A stretch of DNA of 64,000 nucleotides from a candidate division WOR-3 bacterium. Lineage in GTDB: Bacteria > Hydrothermota > Hydrothermia > LBFQ01. Shown here in pieces: positions 40,658 through 49,903 of this stretch. Position 1 is the stretch's first letter; the number at the start of each line of letters is the position of its first letter. The translations under genes were made by a program, and so were the position numbers. The notes beneath the pieces are model-generated. The model saw nothing but the letters and a program-made list of their open reading frames with translations. It was not told where the DNA came from and ran no database searches. The stretch covers positions 282,227 through 346,226 of the forward strand of contig JBDRWW010000001.1 of NCBI GenBank assembly GCA_039802605.1, read 5' to 3'.

Positions 40658-41616
40658 ATATAGGGGTTTATGACCTTGTATCCTTAGTCGTTCCCATTGC
40701 AATTTTGGCTTTTGTAATTTACTTGCTTTATAGATACGGAACACAGGAGGTTTTGGTTGAGCAGCATGGAAATATAAAGACGGTTAGAAAGATAACCATA
40801 ACACCCCAGTTAATTGCCATAATAATAGTTGCCGTAATAGTTGCCATATTCTCAATGTCTTATAAGATCATACCCCAGGGATACGGGGGGGTTAAGTTTA
40901 ACCATATATTGAAAAAATACAGCATAGTCGGTGAAGGAGGAAATTTTATAATACCGTTTTTAGAAACCATTTACCAATACGATCTACAAATCAGGGAATA
41001 TACCATAAGCACATCGGTTAGTAGGAAAGGTGAGGGGACCGTTTGGAGTATAAGCTCCGACGGTGTTAGTGTTGGGCTTGAAGCCACCCTCTTATACCAG
41101 TTAAACAGGGATAATTTGATGCTTATCCACAAAAATCTCGGTATGGACTATGATGTTAAAATAGTTCAACCTGTATTTAAATCGGCGCTAAAAAGTATAA
41201 TATCCGCGCACACATCCGAAGAACTAATATCTTTTAGTAAAAACGAAATTGATGAGGAATTAAAAAAAATCGTTAAAAGTAAGTTGGAACCTTTGGGTAT
41301 TAGGGTGGTTGATGCCCTTATAAGGGATGTAAAGTTTTCGCCGGATTATGAAAAAGCATTAGAGGAAAAACAAATAGCCCAACAAGAGGCCTTAAAAATG
41401 AAGTATTTGATAAAAAAGGAGAGTTTAAGTGTTCAGCGTATGCTGGTAGAGGCAAAGGGTAAAGCCGAGGCTATATCCATTGTGGCCAAAGAATTAAAGA
41501 AAAACCCCGAATACATAGGATATCTATATGTTGATAAGCTTTCCGATAAAATAAAGGTTATAATTGCAAACGAAAAAACCCTTTTAAACCTTGATGAGGT
41601 TTTAAAGGAGAGGTAA
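40654..41616 (+). CDS. SPFH/band-7 (prohibitin/HflK-like) membrane protein
   Basis: 320 aa; N-terminal TM helix, SPFH core, C-terminal coiled-coil region. Confidence 0.75.
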   Translation: MNIGVYDLVSLVVPIAILAFVIYLLYRYGTQEVLVEQHGNIKTVRKITITPQLIAIIIVAVIVAIFSMSYKIIPQGYGGVKFNHILKKYSIVGEGGNFIIPFLETIYQYDLQIREYTISTSVSRKGEGTVWSISSDGVSVGLEATLLYQLNRDNLMLIHKNLGMDYDVKIVQPVFKSALKSIISAHTSEELISFSKNEIDEELKKIVKSKLEPLGIRVVDALIRDVKFSPDYEKALEEKQIAQQEALKMKYLIKKESLSVQRMLVEAKGKAEAISIVAKELKKNPEYIGYLYVDKLSDKIKVIIANEKTLLNLDEVLKER

Positions 41617-41619
41617 AAT

Positions 41620-42426
41620 ATGTTCTTATTTTTGTCGTTCTTGGCAGAAGATTATGGAATTATGCCCCTTTTCCCGAGTTATAGGGATAGTTTTAAAATT
41701 TCCGTAAGCCATTATTACCCTTCAAGGTATCCTTTAATATCCGGATGCTTTAAGGGTTTTTGTGTATATGCGGGCACATTTAAGGGTTTTAAGAAGGATT
41801 CAAGTTTTATATTGCGGGATCATATAAGGATAATTGACACCATAAACGCCACAAGGGGGGAATTGCAAGAAATAGCAATTCTTGAAAGGTACTTTGGTTC
41901 TGGAATAATAACTATGGGTTTTCATATTGGCATAATAAGGGAGGTTTATTTTTCATCTTTAATATCGCATAACGAAATTTTTCCAAATAATTCGCTATCC
42001 TTGGGTAGGTATCTATCCGGTATAATCTTTGGTGGGGTTTTGGGTTTGAGTTTTAAAAATTGGTTTTCTTACACAATGCTTAGGTATAGGAATTTTAACG
42101 GGGATTCTTCGCTTTCCAATGGGGATACCACGGGTTGGTTTATTACGGTTCCAGAAGGAGAAAGGAATAAAACGGAAATTCTGTTAAACATTTCCGATAA
42201 TAAAAATTCCATAAAAGTTGGGTATAGGGATTGGTTTGGGCTTTGGTATGATAGAAAACTCAAACTTTCCATTTTTAATGTGAAATTGGGTGGTGGGTTT
42301 TACGGAAAAGCCCCTTTAATATATGGGAATTTTGGGGTACTTTACAGGTCTTGGAATATAATTTTAGGACTTGCGTACTACAAAAATCCATATGTGGGTT
42401 TGGGTGTAAGTTTTGGTGGCATATAA
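41620..42426 (+). CDS. hypothetical protein
   Basis: 268 aa; Gly/aromatic-rich, possible beta-barrel; no recognised motif. Confidence 0.3.
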   Translation: MFLFLSFLAEDYGIMPLFPSYRDSFKISVSHYYPSRYPLISGCFKGFCVYAGTFKGFKKDSSFILRDHIRIIDTINATRGELQEIAILERYFGSGIITMGFHIGIIREVYFSSLISHNEIFPNNSLSLGRYLSGIIFGGVLGLSFKNWFSYTMLRYRNFNGDSSLSNGDTTGWFITVPEGERNKTEILLNISDNKNSIKVGYRDWFGLWYDRKLKLSIFNVKLGGGFYGKAPLIYGNFGVLYRSWNIILGLAYYKNPYVGLGVSFGGI

Positions 42427-42467
42427 TTTACCACAACGGAATATCACTCCCATAGTATAACCGTACT

Positions 42468-42674
42468 ATGAAGGTAAAAGCGATGAAAAACGGGCCTTAT
42501 GTTATAGAGATGGGCGAAAAGGCTAAGATTATTATAGGGGGTCAGGAAAGGGAAGTTAGGAGTAAAGTGGTGGCCCTATGCAGGTGTGGACATTCCAATA
42601 ACAAGCCCTTCTGCGACGGATCGCACGCTAAGATCGGTTTTCAAGGTGAAGAGGCGGAAATAGAGATAGATTAA
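42468..42674 (+). CDS. CDGSH iron-sulfur domain protein
   Basis: 68 aa; CRCGHSNNKPFCDGSH matches the CDGSH 2Fe-2S motif. Confidence 0.65.
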   Translation: MKVKAMKNGPYVIEMGEKAKIIIGGQEREVRSKVVALCRCGHSNNKPFCDGSHAKIGFQGEEAEIEID

Positions 42675-43072
42675 CCACCCATACCCTTACCGCGATGATG
42701 AGCATCTCTTAGTATTTCTGAAAACTTTTCCGGGCCGAGGATTTTCCTGAGTTGTAATATATACGAAAAGGTTGTCCTGTATAGTTTCTCTTTCACATTA
42801 ACGATTTGCTCATGGGTCTTCCTTATTTCCTCATCGCTTGCCTTTGGTGATCTCATCAACTCGTGCAACTTTACATGTAGGGCTTTTATTTCCGCTTGGA
42901 GTTTGAATACATCTTCCGCGGCCTTAACCTTTAATTTTGATATTTCCTCCCGTTGATTACCCTCTGCAACCGTTTCGGCCTTCTTAAAGATTCTCATTAG
43001 GTGCTTCCCCGGATCCGCATATGCCATTAATGGCATTGCCATTAAAATCAAAGCTATCCCTTTCATATCCAA
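42671..43072 (-). CDS. hypothetical periplasmic helical protein
   Basis: 133 aa; signal peptide (MKGIALILMAMPLMAYA) then coiled-coil-like sequence. Confidence 0.35.
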   Translation of the reverse strand: MDMKGIALILMAMPLMAYADPGKHLMRIFKKAETVAEGNQREEISKLKVKAAEDVFKLQAEIKALHVKLHELMRSPKASDEEIRKTHEQIVNVKEKLYRTTFSYILQLRKILGPEKFSEILRDAHHRGKGMGG

Positions 43073-43111
43073 TATATTTGATTCCGATATGTTCCCTCGT
43101 ATAATACCGTT

Positions 43112-43942
43112 ATGAAGGTCTTGGGTGTTGATGTCGGAGGGAGTTATACAAAGTTCGTAATTTGGGATGGTGAAAGGGTTTTAAAGAGGGGAAGGTTAAA
43201 GTGGAATTACGGAAGCGATTGGAACGACTTAAAAATATTGGTTGATAAGTTAATGGAAGATTTTGATGTTCATTATGTGGGTTTTGCCATAAGGGGGGTT
43301 TGGACAAAGGGGGAAAAGAAGAAATTGGAAAAGGTATTAAATGGAAAGGTTATAAGCGATGTTGAGGGTGTATTTTTTGATGCTTTTGGCTATGATGAAG
43401 GGATGGTTTTGATAGCGGGTACGGGTTCAATATGCCTTGCAAAGAAGGGGAATAAAACTTTTAGATACGGTGGATACGGTTATCTATTTTCCGATTGGGG
43501 CAGCGCCTTTTGGATCGGAAAAATGGCGGTGGAATTACTGTTAAAAAAGGAGAGTTTTTTGAGAATGGCGATTTTTAGAACGGAAGACTTGGAAAAAATA
43601 AGGTTAAAGGTTAAAAGGATAATGGAATTGGATAGGGGAAAGATGATAAAGAGGGTTGCCTCATTCTCCAAGATAGTTTTGAAGGTTGCCGAAATTGGTG
43701 ATGAGGATGCGAATTACCTTGTAAATTCTGCAATAAGGGAATTGCTCGGAATGTGTATCAAGGTGTATGACATTTCGGGTGTTTCATCCTTGGCCTTGCA
43801 CGGGGGTTTGTTTAAAAGCAAACTTATAAGGGATAGATTTTTAAACTTGGCAAAAAGGTATAATTTTGATATAAAAGGCTACGGATTTGATGGGGCCTTG
43901 GGGGTTGCCAAGTTTATAATGGCATCCGGTGGTCTTAAATAA
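43112..43942 (+). CDS. BadF/BadG/BcrA/BcrD-type ATPase (N-acetylglucosamine kinase-like)
   Basis: 276 aa; ASKHA N-terminal VLGVDVGGSYTK and GTGS motifs. Confidence 0.6.
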   Translation: MKVLGVDVGGSYTKFVIWDGERVLKRGRLKWNYGSDWNDLKILVDKLMEDFDVHYVGFAIRGVWTKGEKKKLEKVLNGKVISDVEGVFFDAFGYDEGMVLIAGTGSICLAKKGNKTFRYGGYGYLFSDWGSAFWIGKMAVELLLKKESFLRMAIFRTEDLEKIRLKVKRIMELDRGKMIKRVASFSKIVLKVAEIGDEDANYLVNSAIRELLGMCIKVYDISGVSSLALHGGLFKSKLIRDRFLNLAKRYNFDIKGYGFDGALGVAKFIMASGGLK

Positions 43943-44496
43943 ACGGGCGTAAAGTTCTCATCCAATTCCTTACCAAAACCTTTAAAAAACAAAATGAATA
44001 GGGAGTGTGCCCTTATATATCCCGTATAGGGTTTATAGCCTTCCAGGTTTAATACATCGGGTTTGTATATACCCAATTCGATAACACCGTCCTCATAAGG
44101 TATTCCGCCTTTTACTTGGAATGTTTGTGCATATATCTCCCCCTTACGGGCATCCAAGTATGCTATGTACTTCCCATCATCCAAACCCACAAGCATACTT
44201 TGTAATGTGTTAAATCCCAACATCGGTATCCCCTTTGATAGGTATAAGGCCTTGGCGAAGGAAGCCGAAACCCTTAAAGATGTGAAAAATCCCGGGCCTA
44301 AGTTTATCAAAAGGATGTTAGGTGGATTTTTGTCAAAATCCACAAATTTTGAAACCAATAAATTTAACATTTCAAGGTGTTTAAATTCTTTTAGGTGAAT
44401 TGCTCCGCGAATTTTACCCCTTTCGTAATAAGCCACTGAGATCCATAAGAAGGATGTATCAACCGCTAAAATAGACTTTTCCCTATTTCCACCCAT
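43879..44496 (-). CDS. tsaB: tRNA threonylcarbamoyladenosine biosynthesis protein TsaB
   Basis: 205 aa; ILAVDTS N-terminus and YeaZ-like fold pattern. Confidence 0.65.
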   Translation of the reverse strand: MGGNREKSILAVDTSFLWISVAYYERGKIRGAIHLKEFKHLEMLNLLVSKFVDFDKNPPNILLINLGPGFFTSLRVSASFAKALYLSKGIPMLGFNTLQSMLVGLDDGKYIAYLDARKGEIYAQTFQVKGGIPYEDGVIELGIYKPDVLNLEGYKPYTGYIRAHSLFILFFKGFGKELDENFTPVYLRPPDAIINLATPKAPSNP

Positions 44497-44828
44497 AACG
44501 GATTACCGGATCCGTCATAAAAACCCCTTAAACCTACAAAAAATCCCGATTTTGCGAGTTTAATTCCGTAATTTATACCCGTGGAATAATTCGCTTTGTT
44601 TTGGATTCTAAATCTACCAAGGGATATACCTAAGAAAGGAGAAAACTCAAAACCTTTTAACTTGGCCTTATAAATTCCCCCAGCATTTAGAACAATCAAA
44701 TCGTAATCCCCATATCCCGCATAAAAAGACCCGTTTGTGTAAAAATATCCCTTATGAAACTCTAAAAAAACACCCGGCCAAAAGTTTTTTATTAAGGCCG
44801 CCAAACCTATGCTTATACCTACGCTCAC
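44466..44828 (-). CDS. hypothetical protein
   Basis: 120 aa; Gly/Tyr-rich, no motif recognised. Confidence 0.25.
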   Translation of the reverse strand: MSVGISIGLAALIKNFWPGVFLEFHKGYFYTNGSFYAGYGDYDLIVLNAGGIYKAKLKGFEFSPFLGISLGRFRIQNKANYSTGINYGIKLAKSGFFVGLRGFYDGSGNPLWVEIGKSLF

Positions 44829-44917
44829 TTCTTGCTCTTGTGCCTCATCTTTTTACGACGCTTCTTCAATTTGTGCCTTTTTATCTTTTTAAGTTTCCTC
44901 TTCCTTCCGCAAGGCAT
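44825..44917 (-). CDS. 30-aa Arg/Lys-rich peptide, candidate bS22/AURKAIP1-family small ribosomal protein
   Basis: not in the ORF track; reads MPCGRKRKLKKIKRHKLKKRRKKMRHKSKK; AAGGAGGG SD 8 nt upstream; ATG overlaps the HU stop (TAATG); KKRRKKM-x-HK motif resembles M. smegmatis bS22 / mitochondrial mS38 C-termini. Confidence 0.45.
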   Translation of the reverse strand: MPCGRKRKLKKIKRHKLKKRRKKMRHKSKK

Positions 44918-45189
44918 TACTTTTCCCTCCTTTTCCTATTTTCTTCTGCTATCATCCTTTGCCTTATTACCTGTGAAAGTTTAAATTTTATCCTCGGAAT
45001 TTTATCTTCGCTTTTTCTCCTCTTCCTTTTAACCGGTATGAATACCCCAAAGCCCCTTAGCTCTATCCTTTCCTGCCTAACAAAGGCTTCTGCCATCTCT
45101 TCAAGAATGGCATCCAATATTTCTACCAATTCCTGTTTTCTCAAACCCGTCCTGTGTTTTAACCTATCAATTAATTCCGCCTTTGTCAT
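44917..45189 (-). CDS. HU/IHF-family DNA-binding protein with basic C-terminal extension
   Basis: 90 aa; MTKAELIDRL..., GFGVF arm motif; K/R-rich C-terminal tail. Confidence 0.65.
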   Translation of the reverse strand: MTKAELIDRLKHRTGLRKQELVEILDAILEEMAEAFVRQERIELRGFGVFIPVKRKRRKSEDKIPRIKFKLSQVIRQRMIAEENRKRREK

Positions 45190-45218
45190 TTCAACCGGAA
45201 TTATAAGGTTGTCTAATT

Positions 45219-46400
45219 TTACGATTTTAGCAACCTCCTTAACAATATCAGCCTTTGAATTTCACTTGTACCCTCGTAAATCTCCGTAACCTTTGCATCC
45301 CTGAAAAGCCTTTGTGAGTTCGTCTCCCTTGAATATCCCATAGAGCCCATTATTTGTATGGCCTTTGTGGTAACCCACATCGCGGTTTCGCTTGCGAATA
45401 ATTTCGCCATTGATGATGCCCAAAAGTATTCTTTGCCGCTATCCTTTAAGTAAGCCGCTCTATAGAGCAATAGCCTTGCCGCCTCTATCTTCATCCACAT
45501 ATCCGCGAGGGTAAAACCCACCGCTTCGTGTTCGTATATAGGCTTTCCGAATGTATATCTGGTTTTTGAAAACTCCTTTGCCTCCTCGTATGCGCCTTCG
45601 GCTATACCGAGGGCCTGGGCACCTATCCCTATCCTACCATCGTTTAGTATTTCCATTGCTATTTTAAATCCCTCCCCTTCTTTTCCCAACACTTCACTTT
45701 CATCCGCCTCGTAATCTTCTAGGATTATTTCCCCACTCCAAGCACCCCTTATACCCAGTTTTTTCTCTTTACTCCCAACCTTCGCCCCGTCCCTCTCCAT
45801 ATCAATTAAAAACGCCGTAATACCATTGTGCCCCTTTTCGGGATCCGTTTGGGCGAAGAATATAACATACTTTGCAACCGGGCCATTCGTTATCCAAACC
45901 TTTTGGCCATTTATGATGTATTTTGATCCCCTTTTTATAGCCCTTGATTTCAAGCTCACCGCATCGGAACCCGTATGCGGTTCCGTTAGTGCAAATGCCC
46001 CTATGTTAATCTTCCCATTTCCCAAACTCTTCCCCGCACTTTCCGGGGATACGAGGGGTACTAAAAACCTCTTCTTTTGCTCCTCCGTTCCAAACTTTTC
46101 CAAGCCATAAGCGTACAATGAATTGTTAACAGAGGCTATTACACCATGGGAGGGACAAACCTTTGAGAGTTCCTCTATAAGGATTATGTAGGCCAATGTA
46201 TCCATACCCGCCCCACCGTATTGGGGAGATACCTTTATCCCCAAAAACCCCAACTCCCCCATCCTTCTAACATTTTCAAAGGGAAATTCCTCTTTTTCAT
46301 CAATATCGGATGCTACCGGTTTAACATACCTTTCAACGAAATCCCTAACCGTTTCCTTCAACATTAAGTGTTCTTCATCCAAGTCAAGGTTTATAGGCAT
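45219..46400 (-). CDS. acyl-CoA dehydrogenase
   Basis: 393 aa; three-domain ACAD pattern, catalytic-base region YEGTSEIQRLI. Confidence 0.85.
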   Translation of the reverse strand: MPINLDLDEEHLMLKETVRDFVERYVKPVASDIDEKEEFPFENVRRMGELGFLGIKVSPQYGGAGMDTLAYIILIEELSKVCPSHGVIASVNNSLYAYGLEKFGTEEQKKRFLVPLVSPESAGKSLGNGKINIGAFALTEPHTGSDAVSLKSRAIKRGSKYIINGQKVWITNGPVAKYVIFFAQTDPEKGHNGITAFLIDMERDGAKVGSKEKKLGIRGAWSGEIILEDYEADESEVLGKEGEGFKIAMEILNDGRIGIGAQALGIAEGAYEEAKEFSKTRYTFGKPIYEHEAVGFTLADMWMKIEAARLLLYRAAYLKDSGKEYFWASSMAKLFASETAMWVTTKAIQIMGSMGYSRETNSQRLFRDAKVTEIYEGTSEIQRLILLRRLLKS

Positions 46401-46953
46401 AAGCGGGAATTATAAAAGGGTTTAATGTGGGATCTCTTCTTCGGCCATCCCGTAGTACAAGAGCCAGAATGTCATCTATATCTCGGCATTACGCTGGGCC
46501 AGCTTTTGCGTGAGGCGAAGCATTGCGCTTAGGCTACCTTTTGCCATCCGTACTTCCTCCGGTGTGGCATAGCGGCGTACATGTGCCCACATGTGCTCCA
46601 AGGCGTTCTGCACGCCGCCTATCGTCGGCTGTTGGCGCAGGATCAGTGTCAGTTCGTCCATTACCGCGGGTAAATCTTCCCGACGAGCCTTGGTCATCCT
46701 GCGGCCCAACTCCCGGTAAATATTCGGAATACTTGTGATGAGCCCAGGCTTGCTGGGGATGCCCCGGTAGCGGGATTCGGCCAGCGGTTCGGGTTAGGAG
46801 GGATGGGCAGGGGTGAGTTATGCCGATATCCGCGCAATTTCATCTCGGCAACCAGCCAGCCATGGCGCACGGCAAGGGCTCCCAGGCAATCCTTCCAGCG
46901 CTTCGTTTCCGGATGGGCGGCGTAACCCCGCCGCCCTTCTAGGTGCACCACAA

Positions 46954-47280
46954 CTAAACACCCCGCAAGGACAATGCTCTACTGCTAACCACGCGGCGAC
47001 GCCCGGCCAGTTCAAAAATCTCATCAAACAGAAAAGGCGCCGTAATAACCGTGGGGCCGCCGTCGAAAACAAATCCATCTTGCTTGACGGCATAGGCGCG
47101 TCCGCCGGGTTTGTCCAACTTCTCAAAAACGACAACATCATACCCCCGCGCGGCAACCGCCAGCCCCCAAAGCCTGTACCGAAACATGTGCACGCCGTGT
47201 AAATACATCATAGTCGTGCGCTTCAATGTCGTCCAGAATGGCGCGATAGAGTTCCGCGGCGGTAACGGCAAACCGCCCAT
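46954..47280 (-). pseudogene. phytoene desaturase (CrtI)-like 5' fragment
   Basis: fragment [55 protein letters not shown] aligns to the CrtI N-terminus, then terminates. Confidence 0.5.
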
Positions 47281-47740
47281 CGCGATGCAAGAAAGCTATA
47301 CCGGGTAAAGATTCTTCATAAAGGCGACGGACACGAGCAATTTGGAAGTGCATAAAGGCTCGCCAGCGTTTATCAACACGTCCTGCGGAAGATATAGCCG
47401 CGTTTAACGGCGTAGGGAATGGCGGCAGTACTCGACAGTAGACGCCACGCCGTAGCAATAGTGTGCCAGGTCTTCGAAAGTGGCATAACGCGTATTGGTT
47501 AGGTCTTTTTCAAGTGCTTCCAAGCAACGAGGACGGGATGATCTTGGACGGTAAGTATTGGCGCCGATCCCCTTCAAGTGTATCCACAGTGTCGTCACTC
47601 ATACGGCAGAAGGCATAAAGTGCGCGGATGGCGCGCCATATAAAACGTACGACTTTTGAGGTATGTAATTTTTTCACACTCGGTATAGGCTCTGCTTGTA
47701 TCGTAATGCGCATGGCCTTACGGATCAAGGATTGCTCCAA
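47138..47740 (-). pseudogene. phytoene synthase (CrtB)-like gene disrupted by frameshifts
   Basis: three overlapping frames carry squalene/phytoene-synthase signatures: [14 protein letters not shown] (47510-47740), [19 protein letters not shown] (47404-47598), C-terminal part (47138-47458). Confidence 0.5.
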
Positions 47741-47777
47741 AAAACGGCTAAAAATCAGACTTTTTTGTATAAGTTAA

Positions 47778-48148
47778 TGGAGGCGGCGGGAATCGAACCC
47801 GCGTCCGAACGGATTACTAACCCCCGGGTGTTTTACAGGCTTAGCCCCTTCTTTCAATTTACATCCCAACCCCTAGGGCGTCGGGGCGATTCCCTTGTGG
47901 GCTGGGACGCCCATTTTTTGAGTTGGTTTCACCCCGGAAAAATGGGGAAAACCGGGGCGAAACCCCCACCCTAAGGGACCCCTTCCGGGCGCCGGGTGGG
48001 GAGCAACCCGGAAGAGGTGGCGGTCAATTAGGCCGCCAAGGCGTAATTCGCGTTCGCACTTATTTTGTTTTTGGGCTTTTTTACGGGGTTGCCCGCCCCG
48101 GCCTGCACCCGGTAGGCTTTCACCCGCCGTCGATACCCTTTCGCCCCC
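47778..48148 (-). ncRNA. ssrA: tmRNA (transfer-messenger RNA)
   Basis: reverse complement starts GGGGGCGAAAGGGTATCGACGG (G3-U70 acceptor pair) and ends GGACGCGGGTTCGATTCCCGCCGCCTCCA; tag ORF GCG AAC GCG AAT TAC GCC TTG GCG GCC TAA encodes ANANYALAA. Confidence 0.85.
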
Positions 48149-48170
48149 CTTTCATTCAAAGGAGAAGATA

Positions 48171-49433
48171 TTATAAGGCCGAAGAATTTACCAAAATTTT
48201 TTCTTTATACTTGTTCACAAACGCCCCCACCGCCATCTGGGCTGCTTCACCCAAAGCGCAAAAACACTTTCCTTTAATCTCGTTAGTAATATCGTTTAAA
48301 AGTTTTATATCCTCTTCGGTGGCATATCCCCTTTTCTCAATATCCACCAATATCCTGGTCATCCAAGCGGTTCCATCCCTGCAAGGGGTGCATTTCCCGC
48401 ACGATTCAAAGGCAAAGAATTCCGATGTCCTCCTTATTAGGGATAGGAGTTTAACGCTTCTGTCAAGCACTATTATAGCCCCGCTCCCCAGCATGCTTCC
48501 CCTCTTTGCAATATCCTCCATTGTTAATGGGGTATCCAACTCCTCCGGTGTTAGAATTGGTGCCGATATTCCCCCAGGTATAACCCCTAAGAGTTCCCTA
48601 CCCTCTAATAGACCACCGCAAACATCGTATATTAGTTCCCTTAAAGTTAAGGAACCCAGTTCAAACTCATAAACACCGGGTTTTTTAACCGGACCCGATA
48701 CCGCGAACAACCTCGTACCCGTACTTTCCTCTGTTCCAAGGGAAGCATACCAATCACCCCCTTTGTTTATTATGATGGGTACCGTTGCAAGGGTTTCAAC
48801 ATTATTAACAACCGTGGGCATACCGTATAAACCCGCCTGGGCTGGATATGGGGGTTTCAACCTCGGCAACCCCCTTTTACCTTCCAAACTATCCAAAAGG
48901 GCGGTCTCTTCACCGCATATATACGCACCGGCCCCCAAGTAAACATAAAGCTCAAAATCAAACCCGCTCCCCAATATATTTTTGCCGAGAAATCCATTGT
49001 TATAAGCCTCCTTTATCGCCTCTTTTAATCTCGGGAAAATCCATATGTACTCATACCTCAGATAAATGTATCCCTCCTTTGCGCCTATCGCCTTACCCGC
49101 TATAACCATACCCTCTATCAGCAGGTGGGGGGCTTTATACAAAATTTCCCTATCCTTAAAGGTTCCGGGCTCCCCTTCATCCGCATTACAAACCACATAT
49201 TTGGGGCCCGGGTGATCCTTTGGAACGAAATCCCACTTCAAACCCGTTGGAAATCCGGCACCGCCTCTACCCCTCAACTTTGATTTCTTTACCTCCTCTA
49301 TTATATCCTGCGGCTGCATTTCAAACAAAGCCTTCTTTAAGGCCGTATACCCCCCAAGGGAAAGGTATGCGTTAAGTGTATGACTGTTTTCAACATCGGT
49401 ATATGCAAGTAAAAGCCTGTATTCCTTCGCCAT
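48171..49433 (-). CDS. nuoF: NADH-quinone oxidoreductase subunit F (NuoF-like flavoprotein)
   Basis: 420 aa; [17 protein letters not shown] motifs and C-terminal 4Fe-4[13 protein letters not shown]; no nuoE/nuoG adjacent. Confidence 0.8.
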   Translation of the reverse strand: MAKEYRLLLAYTDVENSHTLNAYLSLGGYTALKKALFEMQPQDIIEEVKKSKLRGRGGAGFPTGLKWDFVPKDHPGPKYVVCNADEGEPGTFKDREILYKAPHLLIEGMVIAGKAIGAKEGYIYLRYEYIWIFPRLKEAIKEAYNNGFLGKNILGSGFDFELYVYLGAGAYICGEETALLDSLEGKRGLPRLKPPYPAQAGLYGMPTVVNNVETLATVPIIINKGGDWYASLGTEESTGTRLFAVSGPVKKPGVYEFELGSLTLRELIYDVCGGLLEGRELLGVIPGGISAPILTPEELDTPLTMEDIAKRGSMLGSGAIIVLDRSVKLLSLIRRTSEFFAFESCGKCTPCRDGTAWMTRILVDIEKRGYATEEDIKLLNDITNEIKGKCFCALGEAAQMAVGAFVNKYKEKILVNSSAL

Positions 49434-49510
49434 AAGTGGGGTATTTTACCGCTGTTTAAATTCCGAAAGCGGTTTATTATAATTTATGCCGGATACCAAA
49501 TATACGCACT

Positions 49511-49903
49511 ATGAAAGGCATATTGGCATTTTTATCCGGCATAGGTTTGGGGCTTGCCGTTTTGTACGGTTGCAATAAGGCCTCGGAAGGTGCGAAAGAG
49601 GTTAGCTTCAAGGTAAAGTTCAAGGCATACGATACAAAAATAGATTCGGCGACCATAGAGGGTTTTACCATAAGAAATGTTTTGGTGGTAAGGGTTGGGA
49701 ATAAAGTTAATGTTGAACTCATAAACGAATCCCCCATAAGCGAAAACTTCTCCATAGAGGGATACGGGGTAAATACCACATTAAAACCACAGGAAACGGC
49801 TAAGGTTTCCTTTACAGCCGATAGGCCCGGCGCATATACCATTTGGTGCAATTTGCATCCAAAGAATATACACCTACCGGGTAGCTTTGTGGTTGTGGAA
49901 TGA
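49511..49903 (+). CDS. cupredoxin-like lipoprotein (putative metal-binding)
   Basis: 130 aa; lipobox LAVLYGC; beta-sandwich-like sequence with C-x2-H-x4-H near the C-terminus (WCNLHPKNIH). Confidence 0.35.
   Translation: MKGILAFLSGIGLGLAVLYGCNKASEGAKEVSFKVKFKAYDTKIDSATIEGFTIRNVLVVRVGNKVNVELINESPISENFSIEGYGVNTTLKPQETAKVSFTADRPGAYTIWCNLHPKNIHLPGSFVVVE

Larger units (their letters stand above)
46430..47760. other. high-GC (about 60-67%) foreign-looking segment with no intact ORF, abutting the ssrA 3' end (degraded island remnant or assembly chimera)
   Basis: abrupt composition shift from ~42% GC flanks; only short mutually overlapping ORF fragments on the minus strand. Confidence 0.6.

Noticed and set aside
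44735-45289. 184-aa plus-strand ORF (LFLLFLL... low complexity)
   Set aside because: It is antisense to the HU gene and the basic-peptide ORF, and its composition is an artefact of the K/R codons on the opposite strand.
46476-46709. 77-aa ORF in the high-GC segment (MGRRMTKARREDLPAVMDELTLILRQ...)
   Set aside because: I cannot assign a family. It lies in the degraded foreign segment together with other fragments, so it is treated as probable pseudogene debris.
46430-47760. High-GC segment as an rRNA or other structural RNA
   Set aside because: It has no resemblance to rRNA conserved cores. The content is explained by protein-coding fragments (crtB, crtI).
47923-48672. 249-aa plus-strand ORF in the six-frame track
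   Set aside because: It overlaps the tmRNA gene and runs antisense to nuoF. It is low-complexity Pro/Gly/Arg-rich and partly high-GC driven, so almost certainly non-coding.
49434-49510. Hairpin CCGCT-N13-AGCGG followed by TTTATT between nuoF and the lipoprotein gene
   Set aside because: No plus-strand gene ends upstream of it (nuoF is on the minus strand and starts there), and on the minus strand it is not followed by a U-tract. It could belong to the promoter or 5' UTR and is not callable as a terminator.
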